A stretch of DNA of 64,000 nt from Frankiales bacterium (lineage in GTDB: Bacteria; Actinomycetota; Actinomycetes; JAWWOW01): contig JAWWOW010000023.1 of the NCBI GenBank assembly GCA_033851265.1, positions 96,675 through 160,674 on the forward strand. Reading direction: 5' to 3'. Below are positions 1 to 9,232 of the stretch, one piece after another. How positions within the stretch are numbered: position 1 is the stretch's first letter; every line of letters starts with the position of its first letter. The translations under genes were made by a program, and so were the position numbers. The notes under the pieces are model-generated. The model did not search any database and was not told the origin of the DNA. It saw nothing but the letters and a program-made list of their open reading frames with translations.

Positions 1-375
1 GGATTTCCGCATTTCGGGGTCTGACCCGTCGGCCAGACAGACCAGACCGAGCGGACGCAGCTGACTGTCGACGAGTGTCCGGACGTCCTCGCCATGCAAC
101 TGACGGCCGGCGGCGGCACTTGCCGTCTCGGCGACGGCGTCGAAATCGCGGCGTCCGTCGATGGCGTCGAGGACGGCGTACAGCAGCGGCGTGAGCTGAA
201 GCACCTGCCCGTCGACGCGGCGCACCAACGACGGCGGCACAACGTAGCCAGATCCGGGCTGTTCCCCGAACAAGTGCGTCCCTGCAACGCGGACCGGGAC
301 GTCACGATGCGTATGTGACGTCCCGGTCGGCCGCAGTAACGACGTATCCGACGGGCCGCCGGCGAGGGCGGTCAT
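1..375 (-). CDS. N-terminal 125 aa (runs off the window edge) of a protein with an RRE/PqqD-like domain; probably a membrane zinc (M50-type) peptide metalloprotease
   Basis: Not in the ORF track; translated by hand from ATG 375 with no stop to base 1: MTALAGG...DVPVRVAGTHLFGEQPGSGYVVPPSLVRRVDGQVLQLTPLLYAVLDAIDGRRDFDAVAETASAAAGRQLHGEDVRTLVDSQLRPLGLVCLADGSDPEMRKS. Strands followed by 'IDGxR...L..LGLV' helices resemble PqqD/RRE. The M50 call is family recall; no catalytic motif lies inside the window. Confidence 0.7.
   Translation of the reverse strand, partial: MTALAGGPSDTSLLRPTGTSHTHRDVPVRVAGTHLFGEQPGSGYVVPPSLVRRVDGQVLQLTPLLYAVLDAIDGRRDFDAVAETASAAAGRQLHGEDVRTLVDSQLRPLGLVCLADGSDPEMRKS
292..328. 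repeat. Perfect 14-bp inverted repeat with 9-nt loop
   Basis: GACCGGGACGTCAC (292-305), loop GATGCGTAT, GTGACGTCCCGGTC (315-328). Confidence 0.9.
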
Positions 376-378
376 CGA

Positions 379-1047
379 CTACGGCGTAGGAGTTGTGTCT
401 TGACCGATGTCCGAGGTCTGGTCGGCAACAGCATTGGCGTCGCCCTCGATGCTCTGGTCGATGATGACGTCCTGCTCGGCCAGCGCGATCGACTCCGAGA
501 GCGGCGATCCGACGTTCGCCGACACAGCAGCGTCGATCGGCGCCGCCACGTTGGCGTTGGCCGCCACAGCACCGTCGATAGGAGCAGCCAAGTTGAGATT
601 GCCGTCGAGGTTGACGTTGATGTCCAGCAGGTCGCCACTCAAGTCGGGCGTGCCACCAACCACGGTGCCGGGATCGGGAACCGGGACTGGAGGCTCGACA
701 GCAGCAGCGTCGGCCGCCGGCGTGGCGCCCTGGTTGATCGTGCTGTCCTGCAGGCCATGTGCGTTCGCGTCGCCGAGGATGTCCTGGCCGATGAGCGCGC
801 CCTGCGATGCGCTCGCCGCGGACACGGAGCCCGGTGAGAGCACGTTCGCGCTGACTGCCGCGTCGATCGGAGCGGCGATGTTCGCGTTAGCGCCGATGGC
901 AAGGTCGATGGGGGCGGCCGCGTCGAGCGCGAGATCGATGTCTGCGTTGAGGTCTAAGAGCGACAAGACTTCCTTGTCAGGCAGTGCCGTTGCTCCTTCG
1001 GCGGCTAACTCCTCGGGAGTGATGCGGGCGACCGGGCGCTCTGTCAC
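379..1047 (-). CDS. Acidic Ala/Asp/Asn/Ile-rich two-repeat protein with leader-like N-terminus (222 aa)
   Basis: GTG at 1047 with GGAGGA RBS (1051-1056); N-terminus MTERPVARITPEELAAEGATALPDKEVLS; two ~77-aa repeats containing AAPIDxAxxANAN[IV]AAPIDAAVSANV. Confidence 0.85.
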   Translation of the reverse strand: MTERPVARITPEELAAEGATALPDKEVLSLLDLNADIDLALDAAAPIDLAIGANANIAAPIDAAVSANVLSPGSVSAASASQGALIGQDILGDANAHGLQDSTINQGATPAADAAAVEPPVPVPDPGTVVGGTPDLSGDLLDINVNLDGNLNLAAPIDGAVAANANVAAPIDAAVSANVGSPLSESIALAEQDVIIDQSIEGDANAVADQTSDIGQDTTPTP

Positions 1048-1199
1048 GGCTCCTCCAGTATCTCGGTCAAAGTTGGACCGCCGATACCCGAGATCCACAC
1101 ACCGTGAAACCCGCGACGCTGCGCAGTGTGACGACCCGCAGCATCTGAGGTTGCTGTTAGTGCTGTTGTCATATCCGCCAGGCAAGTTTGGCCGGCTAG

Positions 1200-2570
1200 T
1201 TAGTCCGACCGAGCCGGTGGCGTGAAGAAGAACGGACTCGTGTAGCCGATGACGCGACCACCGGCGGCGTACTTGGCCGGCATCGGCCCGTCTGGCTCGT
1301 TGGTCGGGTCGGTGATCCGAAGGAACATCCACTGACCCTGAGCGATGTCGACGTCGACCGTGAACCGGATCGGCGGCCGATCGGGTCGTGGCACGAAGGT
1401 CTTGACCACCTTGGCGAGAGTCGGTGCCGGTCGACCGGGCCGGATGACCTGGATCGTCACCGGCTTGCCCGCCCAGGCCGCGCCGCCGTCGAAGTCCACC
1501 TCGACTGTTAGCGGCCCCCGCCGGTGTGCCACCGTGCCACCCATCGGCACACCCTTCGCCGCGGCGTCCAGTCGCAGCCCAGGAATTCGGGTGGCGAACA
1601 CGCGGCGTGCCATCAGCGCTTCCCGGACCCCTGCGCGCGTCAACTCCTTGACCCACAATCCACCGCGGTCGCCAAGTACGCCGTACTCCTCGCCGTGGTT
1701 GTCGCTCACCCCGATGAACCCAGTGCGCCAGCCGGCGTCTAGGCAGGCCGCGAGCGGGTGTGGCTTTCCTTCGTCAGTGCCAAAGAAGAAGAAGTCGCGG
1801 CCCATGTTGAGGGCTTCGCAGGTCACCAACCGGTCGACCACACGCGCGTCGTACGCGAAGCCGTCGAAGTTTCCATATTCATTCGGGTGGTTGAACCCGG
1901 CGAGCGAGTCCCGGCCACCCGGAAGCACGGCACGGCGTGGCGATGCGTCGAGCCAGTTGTAGAAGCCGTCCATCGTTGCGGTTTCTGGCAGGTGCTTGAA
2001 CAGATTCGTCAGCTCCGGCGGTACGTCGAAGAGCTGGTCCAGCTCGCTCGCCCCACGCGGGGTGACGAGGGCGCGGGCCTGCAACCCGTCAATCCATTCA
2101 CTGCCGAACCACACGTTGACGTGACCCATGGTCCCGGTGGTCCATTCGAAGCCCCGGATCGCCGTGAATTTGCCATCGCGGTTAGCGGCGTCGGCTAGCC
2201 GACGGAGTCGTTCCCAGTCCTTGTCGTCCATGCCCGTCACCTGCCGGCACGGTCCGCTGTGGCACGAGTACTGCCCATGCGTCTTGCCCATGATCGCGTG
2301 CTCGGTCAGCGATGCCGCGTCGAGCCCAGCTGCCCGAAGATTCTGATACGCCGTGTCCGGGTCGCCGACGGCATCACCGGAGATGACGCTGTGGTTGTGC
2401 AGGTCGGCGTGCACCACGAACCGCTTGCTGTTCGGGAACAGTCTCGAACGCCGGCTTGCACCGTCCGGACCGAGCGACGTTGCGGGAAACCCTCGCGATG
2501 GGTTGGCCAGCATCAAAGCGCCTGCACCAGCAGCGCCCTTGAGCACCTGCCGACGGCTCAGCGTCCCCAT
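1200..2570 (-). CDS. Tat-exported PHP-fold (CehA/McbA-like) metallohydrolase
   Basis: SRRQVLK twin-arginine signal; HADLHNHS, TEH, GFEWT, FNHP and SDNH metal-binding motifs. Confidence 0.8.
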   Translation of the reverse strand: MGTLSRRQVLKGAAGAGALMLANPSRGFPATSLGPDGASRRSRLFPNSKRFVVHADLHNHSVISGDAVGDPDTAYQNLRAAGLDAASLTEHAIMGKTHGQYSCHSGPCRQVTGMDDKDWERLRRLADAANRDGKFTAIRGFEWTTGTMGHVNVWFGSEWIDGLQARALVTPRGASELDQLFDVPPELTNLFKHLPETATMDGFYNWLDASPRRAVLPGGRDSLAGFNHPNEYGNFDGFAYDARVVDRLVTCEALNMGRDFFFFGTDEGKPHPLAACLDAGWRTGFIGVSDNHGEEYGVLGDRGGLWVKELTRAGVREALMARRVFATRIPGLRLDAAAKGVPMGGTVAHRRGPLTVEVDFDGGAAWAGKPVTIQVIRPGRPAPTLAKVVKTFVPRPDRPPIRFTVDVDIAQGQWMFLRITDPTNEPDGPMPAKYAAGGRVIGYTSPFFFTPPARSD

Positions 2571-2651
2571 GTCCCACCCCTTCGACGCGGCTGGACGCGC
2601 TTCCGGAGGTAGTTCGCCGCTGAGCGCCGAGACCCTGCCCGGCGGTGAGAG

Positions 2652-3074
2652 TCAGCTGTCGATGTCGGCGACGACGGCGCGCAGCCAGGACCGGAGCGAT
2701 GCCGCACCGTCGTGGACCGGGTCCAGCACGGTGGCCACCTCGCGGTAGGGGCCGGCAGCTGCCTCACTGACAACGAGAACCGGCCCGGGATGCCGGCCGG
2801 CCAACGTCAGGAAGTCGCTGTCACCGGACGCGAGCACGAGCGGTCCGGGCTCCGGGGTGTACGCCGTCGCCAGCGCCAGATCGGCGCGCTGCCAGCCTTC
2901 TGCGATCAGCAGATCGGCATCGTCCGGCCACTCCACCCGAGCCAACGCATCCGGATGGCCGGCCACCACGATGCGGCGTTCGACGCCGACCTCACTGATG
3001 ACAGCGAGAACGTCGCGCAGCCGGCCGGCAGGAACGTTGTCGGCGTCAACGAGGACTTGCAGCAACCCGGACAT
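2652..3074 (-). CDS. Small NYN/PIN-like domain protein
   Basis: VLVDADNV, AD..L and LVLASGDSDF motifs. Confidence 0.7.
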   Translation of the reverse strand: MSGLLQVLVDADNVPAGRLRDVLAVISEVGVERRIVVAGHPDALARVEWPDDADLLIAEGWQRADLALATAYTPEPGPLVLASGDSDFLTLAGRHPGPVLVVSEAAAGPYREVATVLDPVHDGAASLRSWLRAVVADIDS

Positions 3075-3098
3075 TGGATGGATCCGGGGGTCAGCGCG

Positions 3099-4796
3099 TC
3101 AGGGGGTCAGCGACTTGGTCGGGTCGTGCTCGTCGTCGTGGACGACCGGCGTCTCCTCGTAGAAGAACGACAAGATCTTGCGCCTTGTCGTCTCGAGGGC
3201 AGCCGCCGCAGTGGCGCCCGGCGGCCGGCCCCGGCCGTTTCCGTAGTTACGGCCGCGAACATGCCCGGCCTCGATCGCATCCTGTGCCCGCTGTGCCTCG
3301 ACCGCTTCGTCAACCTGCGGCAAATGCGACGTGGCCGCGGATTCGATGATGAAGATGCGTTCGTTCTCCTCGGCCGGGACATGCAGCTCGACGAACTCGC
3401 CGGTCGGCAACATCTTGATGGTTCCGGACTCGTGACCGTGGTGGATCGTGTCGTAGTCGCGGCGCTGCAAGCCGAAGCAGATCCGACGCGTGATGATGAA
3501 CACAATGGGTGGTACGACGAACACCCCGGCTTGGAAGAGCCGTGTCAGCGTATTGATCGATAGGTCGAACTTGTCCGCGATGATGTCGTTGCCGCCACCG
3601 AGGAACAGGATGATGTACAGCGACATCATCGCCATGCCGATGCCGGTGCGGTTGGGTCGGTTGCGCGGTCGGTCGAGCAGGTTGTGGGAGGCGTGGTCGT
3701 TGGTCAGCCACGCCTCGATGAACGGATAGAGCGCGAGCACGGTGAAGAGAATTCCGGGCAGGATCACCGCCGGGAACAGAATGTTGAACGAGAACGTGTA
3801 GCCGCCCGGGATCGGGAACTCCCAGTTCGGCATCAGACGTAAGGCGCCGTCGAGGAAGCCGATGTACCAGTCGGGCTGAGTGCCCGCCGAGACTTGAGAA
3901 GGGTTGTACGGCCCGTACAACCAGACCGGGTTGATCTGGGCCACCGCCCCGAGCAGGGCGCACATGGCGAAGACCAGCATGAAGAATCCGCCGGTCTTCA
4001 GCGCGAATCCGGGGTAGAGCGGGGTGCCGACGACGTTGTCCTCGGTCCGGCCCTTGCCAGGGAACTGCGTGTGCTTCTGCCGCACCAGGATGATCATGTG
4101 CGCGCCGATGAGCGCGAGGAAGATGCCCGGCAGCAGCAGTACGTGGATCGTGAACAACCGCGGGATGAACTGCGGCCCCGGATAGTTGCCGCCGAACAGG
4201 AAGAATCCGACGTAGGTGCCGACCACGGGGATCGACTCGACGATCGAGAAAGCGATGCGCAATCCGGTGCCGGAGAGCAGGTCGTCCGGCAGCGAGTAAC
4301 CCGCGAAGCCCTCGAGCAGCGCGAGCGTCAGAAGGATGACGCCGATGGTCCAGTTGATCTCACGTGGCTTGCGGAACGCGCCGGTGAAGAAGACCCGGCA
4401 CATGTGTACGCCGATTGCGGCGACGAACAGCAGCGCCGCCCAGTGGTGAATCTGCCGGATCAACAGGCCGCCGCGGACGTCGAAGCTGATGTTCAGCGTC
4501 GACGCGAAGGCCTCCGTCATCTTGACGCCCTTGAGCGGAACGTAGCTGCCGTTGTACGTGACCTCCTTGACCGACGGCTCGAACCAGAAGGTCAGGAACA
4601 CACCCGTGAGCAGCACAATGATGAACGAGTAGAGAGCGATCTCGCCGAGCAGGAATGACCAGTGGTCGGGGAAGACCTTGCGCATGTTCCGCTTGAGCGC
4701 GTCGGCAAGCCCGAGACGGTCATCGAGGGTCTTGGCCTGATGCTCGACGACTTTCGCGATCGGGCCACTGCCCATCCCGGAGGCTGGTGTCGTCAT
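3099..4796 (-). CDS. qcrB: Cytochrome bcc complex cytochrome b subunit
   Basis: FPDHWSFLLGEIALYSF, RQIHHWAA, QPDWY motifs. Confidence 0.97.
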   Translation of the reverse strand: MTTPASGMGSGPIAKVVEHQAKTLDDRLGLADALKRNMRKVFPDHWSFLLGEIALYSFIIVLLTGVFLTFWFEPSVKEVTYNGSYVPLKGVKMTEAFASTLNISFDVRGGLLIRQIHHWAALLFVAAIGVHMCRVFFTGAFRKPREINWTIGVILLTLALLEGFAGYSLPDDLLSGTGLRIAFSIVESIPVVGTYVGFFLFGGNYPGPQFIPRLFTIHVLLLPGIFLALIGAHMIILVRQKHTQFPGKGRTEDNVVGTPLYPGFALKTGGFFMLVFAMCALLGAVAQINPVWLYGPYNPSQVSAGTQPDWYIGFLDGALRLMPNWEFPIPGGYTFSFNILFPAVILPGILFTVLALYPFIEAWLTNDHASHNLLDRPRNRPNRTGIGMAMMSLYIILFLGGGNDIIADKFDLSINTLTRLFQAGVFVVPPIVFIITRRICFGLQRRDYDTIHHGHESGTIKMLPTGEFVELHVPAEENERIFIIESAATSHLPQVDEAVEAQRAQDAIEAGHVRGRNYGNGRGRPPGATAAAALETTRRKILSFFYEETPVVHDDEHDPTKSLTP

Positions 4797-5815
4797 CCGC
4801 GCTCCCAGAAGCTCGGTCCGACCGGTTCGGTGAAGTCACTCCGAGCCCGGAAGTAGCCCTGGTCATCAATGTAGATCGGCAACTGGGGCAGTGGGCGGGC
4901 AGCGGGCCCGAACACGACACGGCAGTGCTTGAGCACGTTGAACGTCGACTGGTGGCACGGGCAGAACAACTGGTGCGTCTGCTGTTCGTACAGGCCGATG
5001 GGACACCCGGCGTGCGTGCACAACTTGTTGTATGCGACGTATCCCTCGGGCGCCCAGTCCTCGCGGCCCTTGTACGGAACGTTCTCACCGAGGCGGAGCC
5101 GGATGAGGATGACGGGGGATGTGGCGGCGTTCTTGTCCTCGATTGCCACGCCCTCCGGCATGACGGTCATCAACCCGCCGATCTCGATGTCGCCGACCTT
5201 GACCGGCTGCTTGCTCACGATGTCGGTCAGCCGGGCGTCCTTCGTCCAGCGCGTGTGGAACAGCGTCTTCTCCGGCTTGGGGCCGAGGTCACGCAGCATG
5301 AAAATCGGGAGTACGCCGAGCAATCCGGCTGCGGTGAGCAGGCTCCGACGCAGGATCGGGCGGCGCACGAGGCCGAGCTCGTCGAGGCCCTGGTTGAACA
5401 CCTCAGCGAACTCTTGGCGGTCCGCGTCTGGCGAGGCGAATGGATGCCGCTCCTCGGTGACCTGGTAGTGCGGCATCAGCAACTTCGTCCAGAGCACCAT
5501 CCCGATGCCGAGGAAGCCGAGCGCACCCGTGAGCGTCAAGCCGAGCACGTAGTTGGACAGTTCGACGTCGTTGATGTTCTTGAGCCCGATGGCGACGTAG
5601 CCGATCGCGAAGCCGACTGTGCACGCGGCTGACGCGAGGAAGATCAGCGCGACCTGGCGTTCGGACTTCTGCTCCGCGTGCGCGTCGACGACGGCGGGGG
5701 GCTGCTCGTCGTGCGCGGCGACCTCTCGGCCGCCGACACGTGCGTCGACATCTTTCGCACGCCGGATGGTCGCGGGCAGTCGTCGGCGCCGGGGCGCCCC
5801 CGATGTCTCACTCAT
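4793..5815 (-). CDS. qcrA: Cytochrome bcc Rieske Fe-S subunit
   Basis: CTHAGC and CPCHQS motifs; ATG 5815 overlaps the qcrC stop (ATGA). Confidence 0.96.
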   Translation of the reverse strand: MSETSGAPRRRRLPATIRRAKDVDARVGGREVAAHDEQPPAVVDAHAEQKSERQVALIFLASAACTVGFAIGYVAIGLKNINDVELSNYVLGLTLTGALGFLGIGMVLWTKLLMPHYQVTEERHPFASPDADRQEFAEVFNQGLDELGLVRRPILRRSLLTAAGLLGVLPIFMLRDLGPKPEKTLFHTRWTKDARLTDIVSKQPVKVGDIEIGGLMTVMPEGVAIEDKNAATSPVILIRLRLGENVPYKGREDWAPEGYVAYNKLCTHAGCPIGLYEQQTHQLFCPCHQSTFNVLKHCRVVFGPAARPLPQLPIYIDDQGYFRARSDFTEPVGPSFWERG

Positions 5816-6618
5816 GGGCGGGCACCGATCCAAACCGTGGCTACGACCAAGAGGCCGATGCCGACCAACCAGCCGACCAGGCCTTCGGAGACCGGTCCGA
5901 TCCGACCGAGCGAGTTGCCGCCGGGGTCGGGCATGTTCCGGATGTGCACGAGGTACTTGATGATCCGCTGCTTCTCTTCGTCGTTCAGCGTGCGCTCGCC
6001 GAAGATCGGCATGTTGGCGGGGCCGGTGCTCATCGCCTCGTAGACGTGCTTCGGCGTGGTGTCGGTCAGGTCCGGCGCGTACTTGCCATGCGTCAACGCG
6101 CCGCCCTTGCCGACGAAGTTGTGGCAGGACGCGCAGTTGGTACGGAACAGCTCGCCGCCTTCGGCGAGGTCTTCTGGAGTGGTGCCGCTTGCGGCGTACT
6201 CCTCGGGGCGCGGGACCAGCGGGCCGCCGCCCAACGACTGGACGAACGCCGCCATTGCGTCGATGTCAGCCTGCGTGTACCGCGGGGTCTTCTCGAGCGG
6301 CTGCGCACCGCGCTCGGCGAGCGGCATCCGACCCGTGCCGACCTGGAAGTCGACGGCGGCCGCGCCGACGCCGATGAGGCTCGGGGCGACCTCGCTGCCC
6401 TGACCCTGCAACCCGTGGCAGGACGAGCAGCCCTGCAGGAACAGCTGGTTGCCCTTGACGACGAGGTCTTCCTGGGAGGAGCTGGTGGCCGCGCGCCCAC
6501 TCGGGGCGACCGCGGCGTACAGGAAACCGATTGTCCCGAGCGCGATGACGATGACGAGGTACGCCGAGATCGGACGCCGCGAGATTGGGCGTCGCGGTGC
6601 GGCGTTGGTGTCGGTCAC
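5812..6618 (-). CDS. qcrC: Diheme cytochrome c subunit
   Basis: CSSCH and CASCH heme motifs; GTG 6618 with GGAG RBS. Confidence 0.96.
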   Translation of the reverse strand: MTDTNAAPRRPISRRPISAYLVIVIALGTIGFLYAAVAPSGRAATSSSQEDLVVKGNQLFLQGCSSCHGLQGQGSEVAPSLIGVGAAAVDFQVGTGRMPLAERGAQPLEKTPRYTQADIDAMAAFVQSLGGGPLVPRPEEYAASGTTPEDLAEGGELFRTNCASCHNFVGKGGALTHGKYAPDLTDTTPKHVYEAMSTGPANMPIFGERTLNDEEKQRIIKYLVHIRNMPDPGGNSLGRIGPVSEGLVGWLVGIGLLVVATVWIGARP

Positions 6619-6634
6619 GGGCGCTCCAGGCTCC

Positions 6635-7231
6635 TCACTGGATGAGGTAGATGGTCGAGTAGAGACCGATCCAGACGACGTCGACGAAGTGCCAGTAATA
6701 GGAGACGACGATTGCCGACGTCGCCTTTTGTGGAGTGAACGGACCAACCTGGGTTCTCGCGAGGAGCATGACGAACGCGATCAATCCACCAAGAACGTGC
6801 AGGCCGTGGAAGCCGGTGGTGATGTAGAAGACCGAGCCGAACGCGTTCGTCTTCGGGGTGAAGTCATTCAGGTTGAAGTATTCGTTGCCCTGACCGAGCA
6901 GGAAGATCAGCCCCATCACGAACGTGATGACGAACCAGATCTGCAGCCTTCTGCGGTCACCACGCTCAGCTGCGAACACCCCGAGCTGGCAGGTGACCGA
7001 CGACAGAACCAGGATGATCGTGAACACCCCGGAGTACGGGATGTCGATCTCGATGCCCTCCGGGGGCCACGGGGCGCCGGTGACCGACCGCACCGTGAAG
7101 TACATGCCGAAGAGCGCGGCGAAGAACATCAACTCGCTCGACAGCCACACGATCGTCCCGACACTGACGAGGTTGGGCCGGCCCAAACCCGTGTTCAGAG
7201 ACGTGTGCTGAGTCGCGGAAGCGGTCGCCAC
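6635..7231 (-). CDS. ctaE: Cytochrome aa3 oxidase subunit III
   Basis: [27 protein letters not shown] motifs. Confidence 0.96.
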   Translation of the reverse strand: MATASATQHTSLNTGLGRPNLVSVGTIVWLSSELMFFAALFGMYFTVRSVTGAPWPPEGIEIDIPYSGVFTIILVLSSVTCQLGVFAAERGDRRRLQIWFVITFVMGLIFLLGQGNEYFNLNDFTPKTNAFGSVFYITTGFHGLHVLGGLIAFVMLLARTQVGPFTPQKATSAIVVSYYWHFVDVVWIGLYSTIYLIQ

Positions 7232-7346
7232 GCGCTCATTATGTCGATGGGCTCCTCGTCTTACGCGTGACCCCCCACGTCTGACCCGAGCGCGTCGCTA
7301 GTGCCTTTGTGCACGGCCCCCCGGCCGGTCCCTGCGGGGAGCATTT

Positions 7347-9053
7347 TCAGCCGATCCACTCACGCAGATGCGCCGTCGTCGTCGCACAGTCGCGGTTGTG
7401 ATCGGCGTCGGGTCCCCACACATGGTTGAGGTTCATCCGCAGGCTCGGAGCCTGCCAGGCGGCCGCGGCGGCGCGCACGATGCGCTCGGTCAGCCGCAGC
7501 CCGCGGTAGCCGTGCATCTTTCCGGTCCGGAGGTACTCACCGATCGCTCGTTGCGAGGATCCGTCTTGCAGCAGCTTGCCGTGGAATGCCGGCAACACTG
7601 CGGCGCGGACGTGCCGGGTTGCGTCGTACGGCGCCCCGACGGCGTCAGCCAAGGGGAACAACGTGAGCTCGGTGGTGTTGGGAAGCGGGCACAGCAGCCA
7701 GCTCTGTAACAACGGCGCGTTGTCGGCGACAGAACGCAGGAACGGTCCGTCGGGGGAGAAGTCGAGTGGCGTCAGGGCACGGAGCGCCGCACTGACTCCG
7801 CGCAACTCGTAACCAGCAACGATCCCGTAGCCATTGCTGCCCGCAACCGGGAAATAGGCACGGCCTGGCTCGACTAACGGGCTCGTCAGCACGTGGACGC
7901 GCACGGGTGCATCCGGGTGTACGAGCAGGAACACCTTCGCGACGAGCGCGCCCTGGCTGTCGGACACGATGTCGATGCGGCGTCCGGTCTCTTGCGCGAA
8001 CGCCTGCACCTGCTGCTGCATCAGATGCACGAGCTCGGGCAGCGGTTTGTCGGTGTCCCGACCGGTGAACACCGCCGGACGTCCGGTTGGCGTCATGCCG
8101 GCGTAGGAGAATCGACGCTGTACAAGGCCAGGACCGAAGTCGAGGCTGTCACCGCCGCGCCAATGCGAGTCGTAACCAGTGACGACGAGAACCGGTTGAC
8201 CAGTGCCGTTATCGGCGGTGCTCGACGCTGTCGCGTCTGCGATTCCGTGGCGCGCTGTCTGCAGCTGTACGGCGACGACCACGCCGATGATGACCACGGC
8301 GGCCAACGCTGCAATGCCGATCGGTGCCAACGGGACGAAGCGTCGGCTTTCGCGAAGGGCCAAGGCACGCGTTATCCCCAACCAGGCCCAGGCGTTGAAG
8401 AGTCCAGCGGCGGCAGCCACGACGATGGACAGTGGCCATGGGCTTACCGCGATCGCGGCACCGCCAAGACTCAGCATGACGAAGGTCAGGGCGGCCCAAC
8501 CAACGGTGCGCAGCGTTGGACCTGCACGCCACCAGTCGACGACCGGCCCGTGATGGAGGAGCAGAGCCAGCAGGAGTGCAACGGGCACTGATGCAAAGAA
8601 GAGGTAGGACACGGAGATGACCGCGAGACCGACAAGCAGGCTCGCGGAAAACGTCAGCAAGACCGCTGCGGCGATGGTGAAGGTGACGGCACGCCGAGCC
8701 AACGTCACGAATGACGGGCGATCACGGTCCTGCGGCCAGGCCAACCAGACCGTGACCGCCGTGAGCCCACCTCGGACCACCACGAAGGCCAGCGACTCGA
8801 GGCCCACCGTCAGCCACGAGTGGGTATAGACGAGCAACCAGCGCAGATCATGAAAGACCGCCCAAGGGGCAGGCGCTGTGGCCTGGGGGGCGAGAGCGAG
8901 TGCCGGTCGGGGGCCAAGCCACCCGACGAAGACTGCCTCGACAACGGCGCCGGTGATGCACAGCAGGACGAGCCCTTGGTGGGCTCGCAGGTTTGGTTCC
9001 TGCAGACCGCGGTGCCTTGACAGGCGCTCAGCGGTCAGGTTGGGCGTGACCAC
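7347..9053 (-). CDS. Multi-pass membrane protein with C-terminal alpha/beta-hydrolase-like domain
   Basis: About 7 hydrophobic segments, then PVLVVTGY, IDIVSDSQG (nucleophile-elbow-like), LADAV and AFHG. Confidence 0.65.
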   Translation of the reverse strand: MVTPNLTAERLSRHRGLQEPNLRAHQGLVLLCITGAVVEAVFVGWLGPRPALALAPQATAPAPWAVFHDLRWLLVYTHSWLTVGLESLAFVVVRGGLTAVTVWLAWPQDRDRPSFVTLARRAVTFTIAAAVLLTFSASLLVGLAVISVSYLFFASVPVALLLALLLHHGPVVDWWRAGPTLRTVGWAALTFVMLSLGGAAIAVSPWPLSIVVAAAAGLFNAWAWLGITRALALRESRRFVPLAPIGIAALAAVVIIGVVVAVQLQTARHGIADATASSTADNGTGQPVLVVTGYDSHWRGGDSLDFGPGLVQRRFSYAGMTPTGRPAVFTGRDTDKPLPELVHLMQQQVQAFAQETGRRIDIVSDSQGALVAKVFLLVHPDAPVRVHVLTSPLVEPGRAYFPVAGSNGYGIVAGYELRGVSAALRALTPLDFSPDGPFLRSVADNAPLLQSWLLCPLPNTTELTLFPLADAVGAPYDATRHVRAAVLPAFHGKLLQDGSSQRAIGEYLRTGKMHGYRGLRLTERIVRAAAAAWQAPSLRMNLNHVWGPDADHNRDCATTTAHLREWIG

Positions 9054-9232
9054 GGCCGATAGATACCCGGCGGGCGGAATTCGCCGCGACTAACAGTAAG
9101 AAAGGGGTATCCGTGGGCAAGTTGCTCGCACGCCCACGCTCGACCCGAGTCGCTTTGGGTTCCTCGGTCGTTTACCGTCGACACAGTCTTTCGGCCGTCG
9201 ATGAGACCTCCACTTTGGGAGCCCCCGCCTCC

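Noticed and set aside
94-318. Plus-strand 74-aa ORF
   Set aside because: It is the antisense shadow of the minus-strand gene at 1-375.
1048-1656. N-terminal extension of ORF 379..1656
   Set aside because: It overlaps the PHP gene and reads as shadow sequence; the RBS supports a start at 1047.
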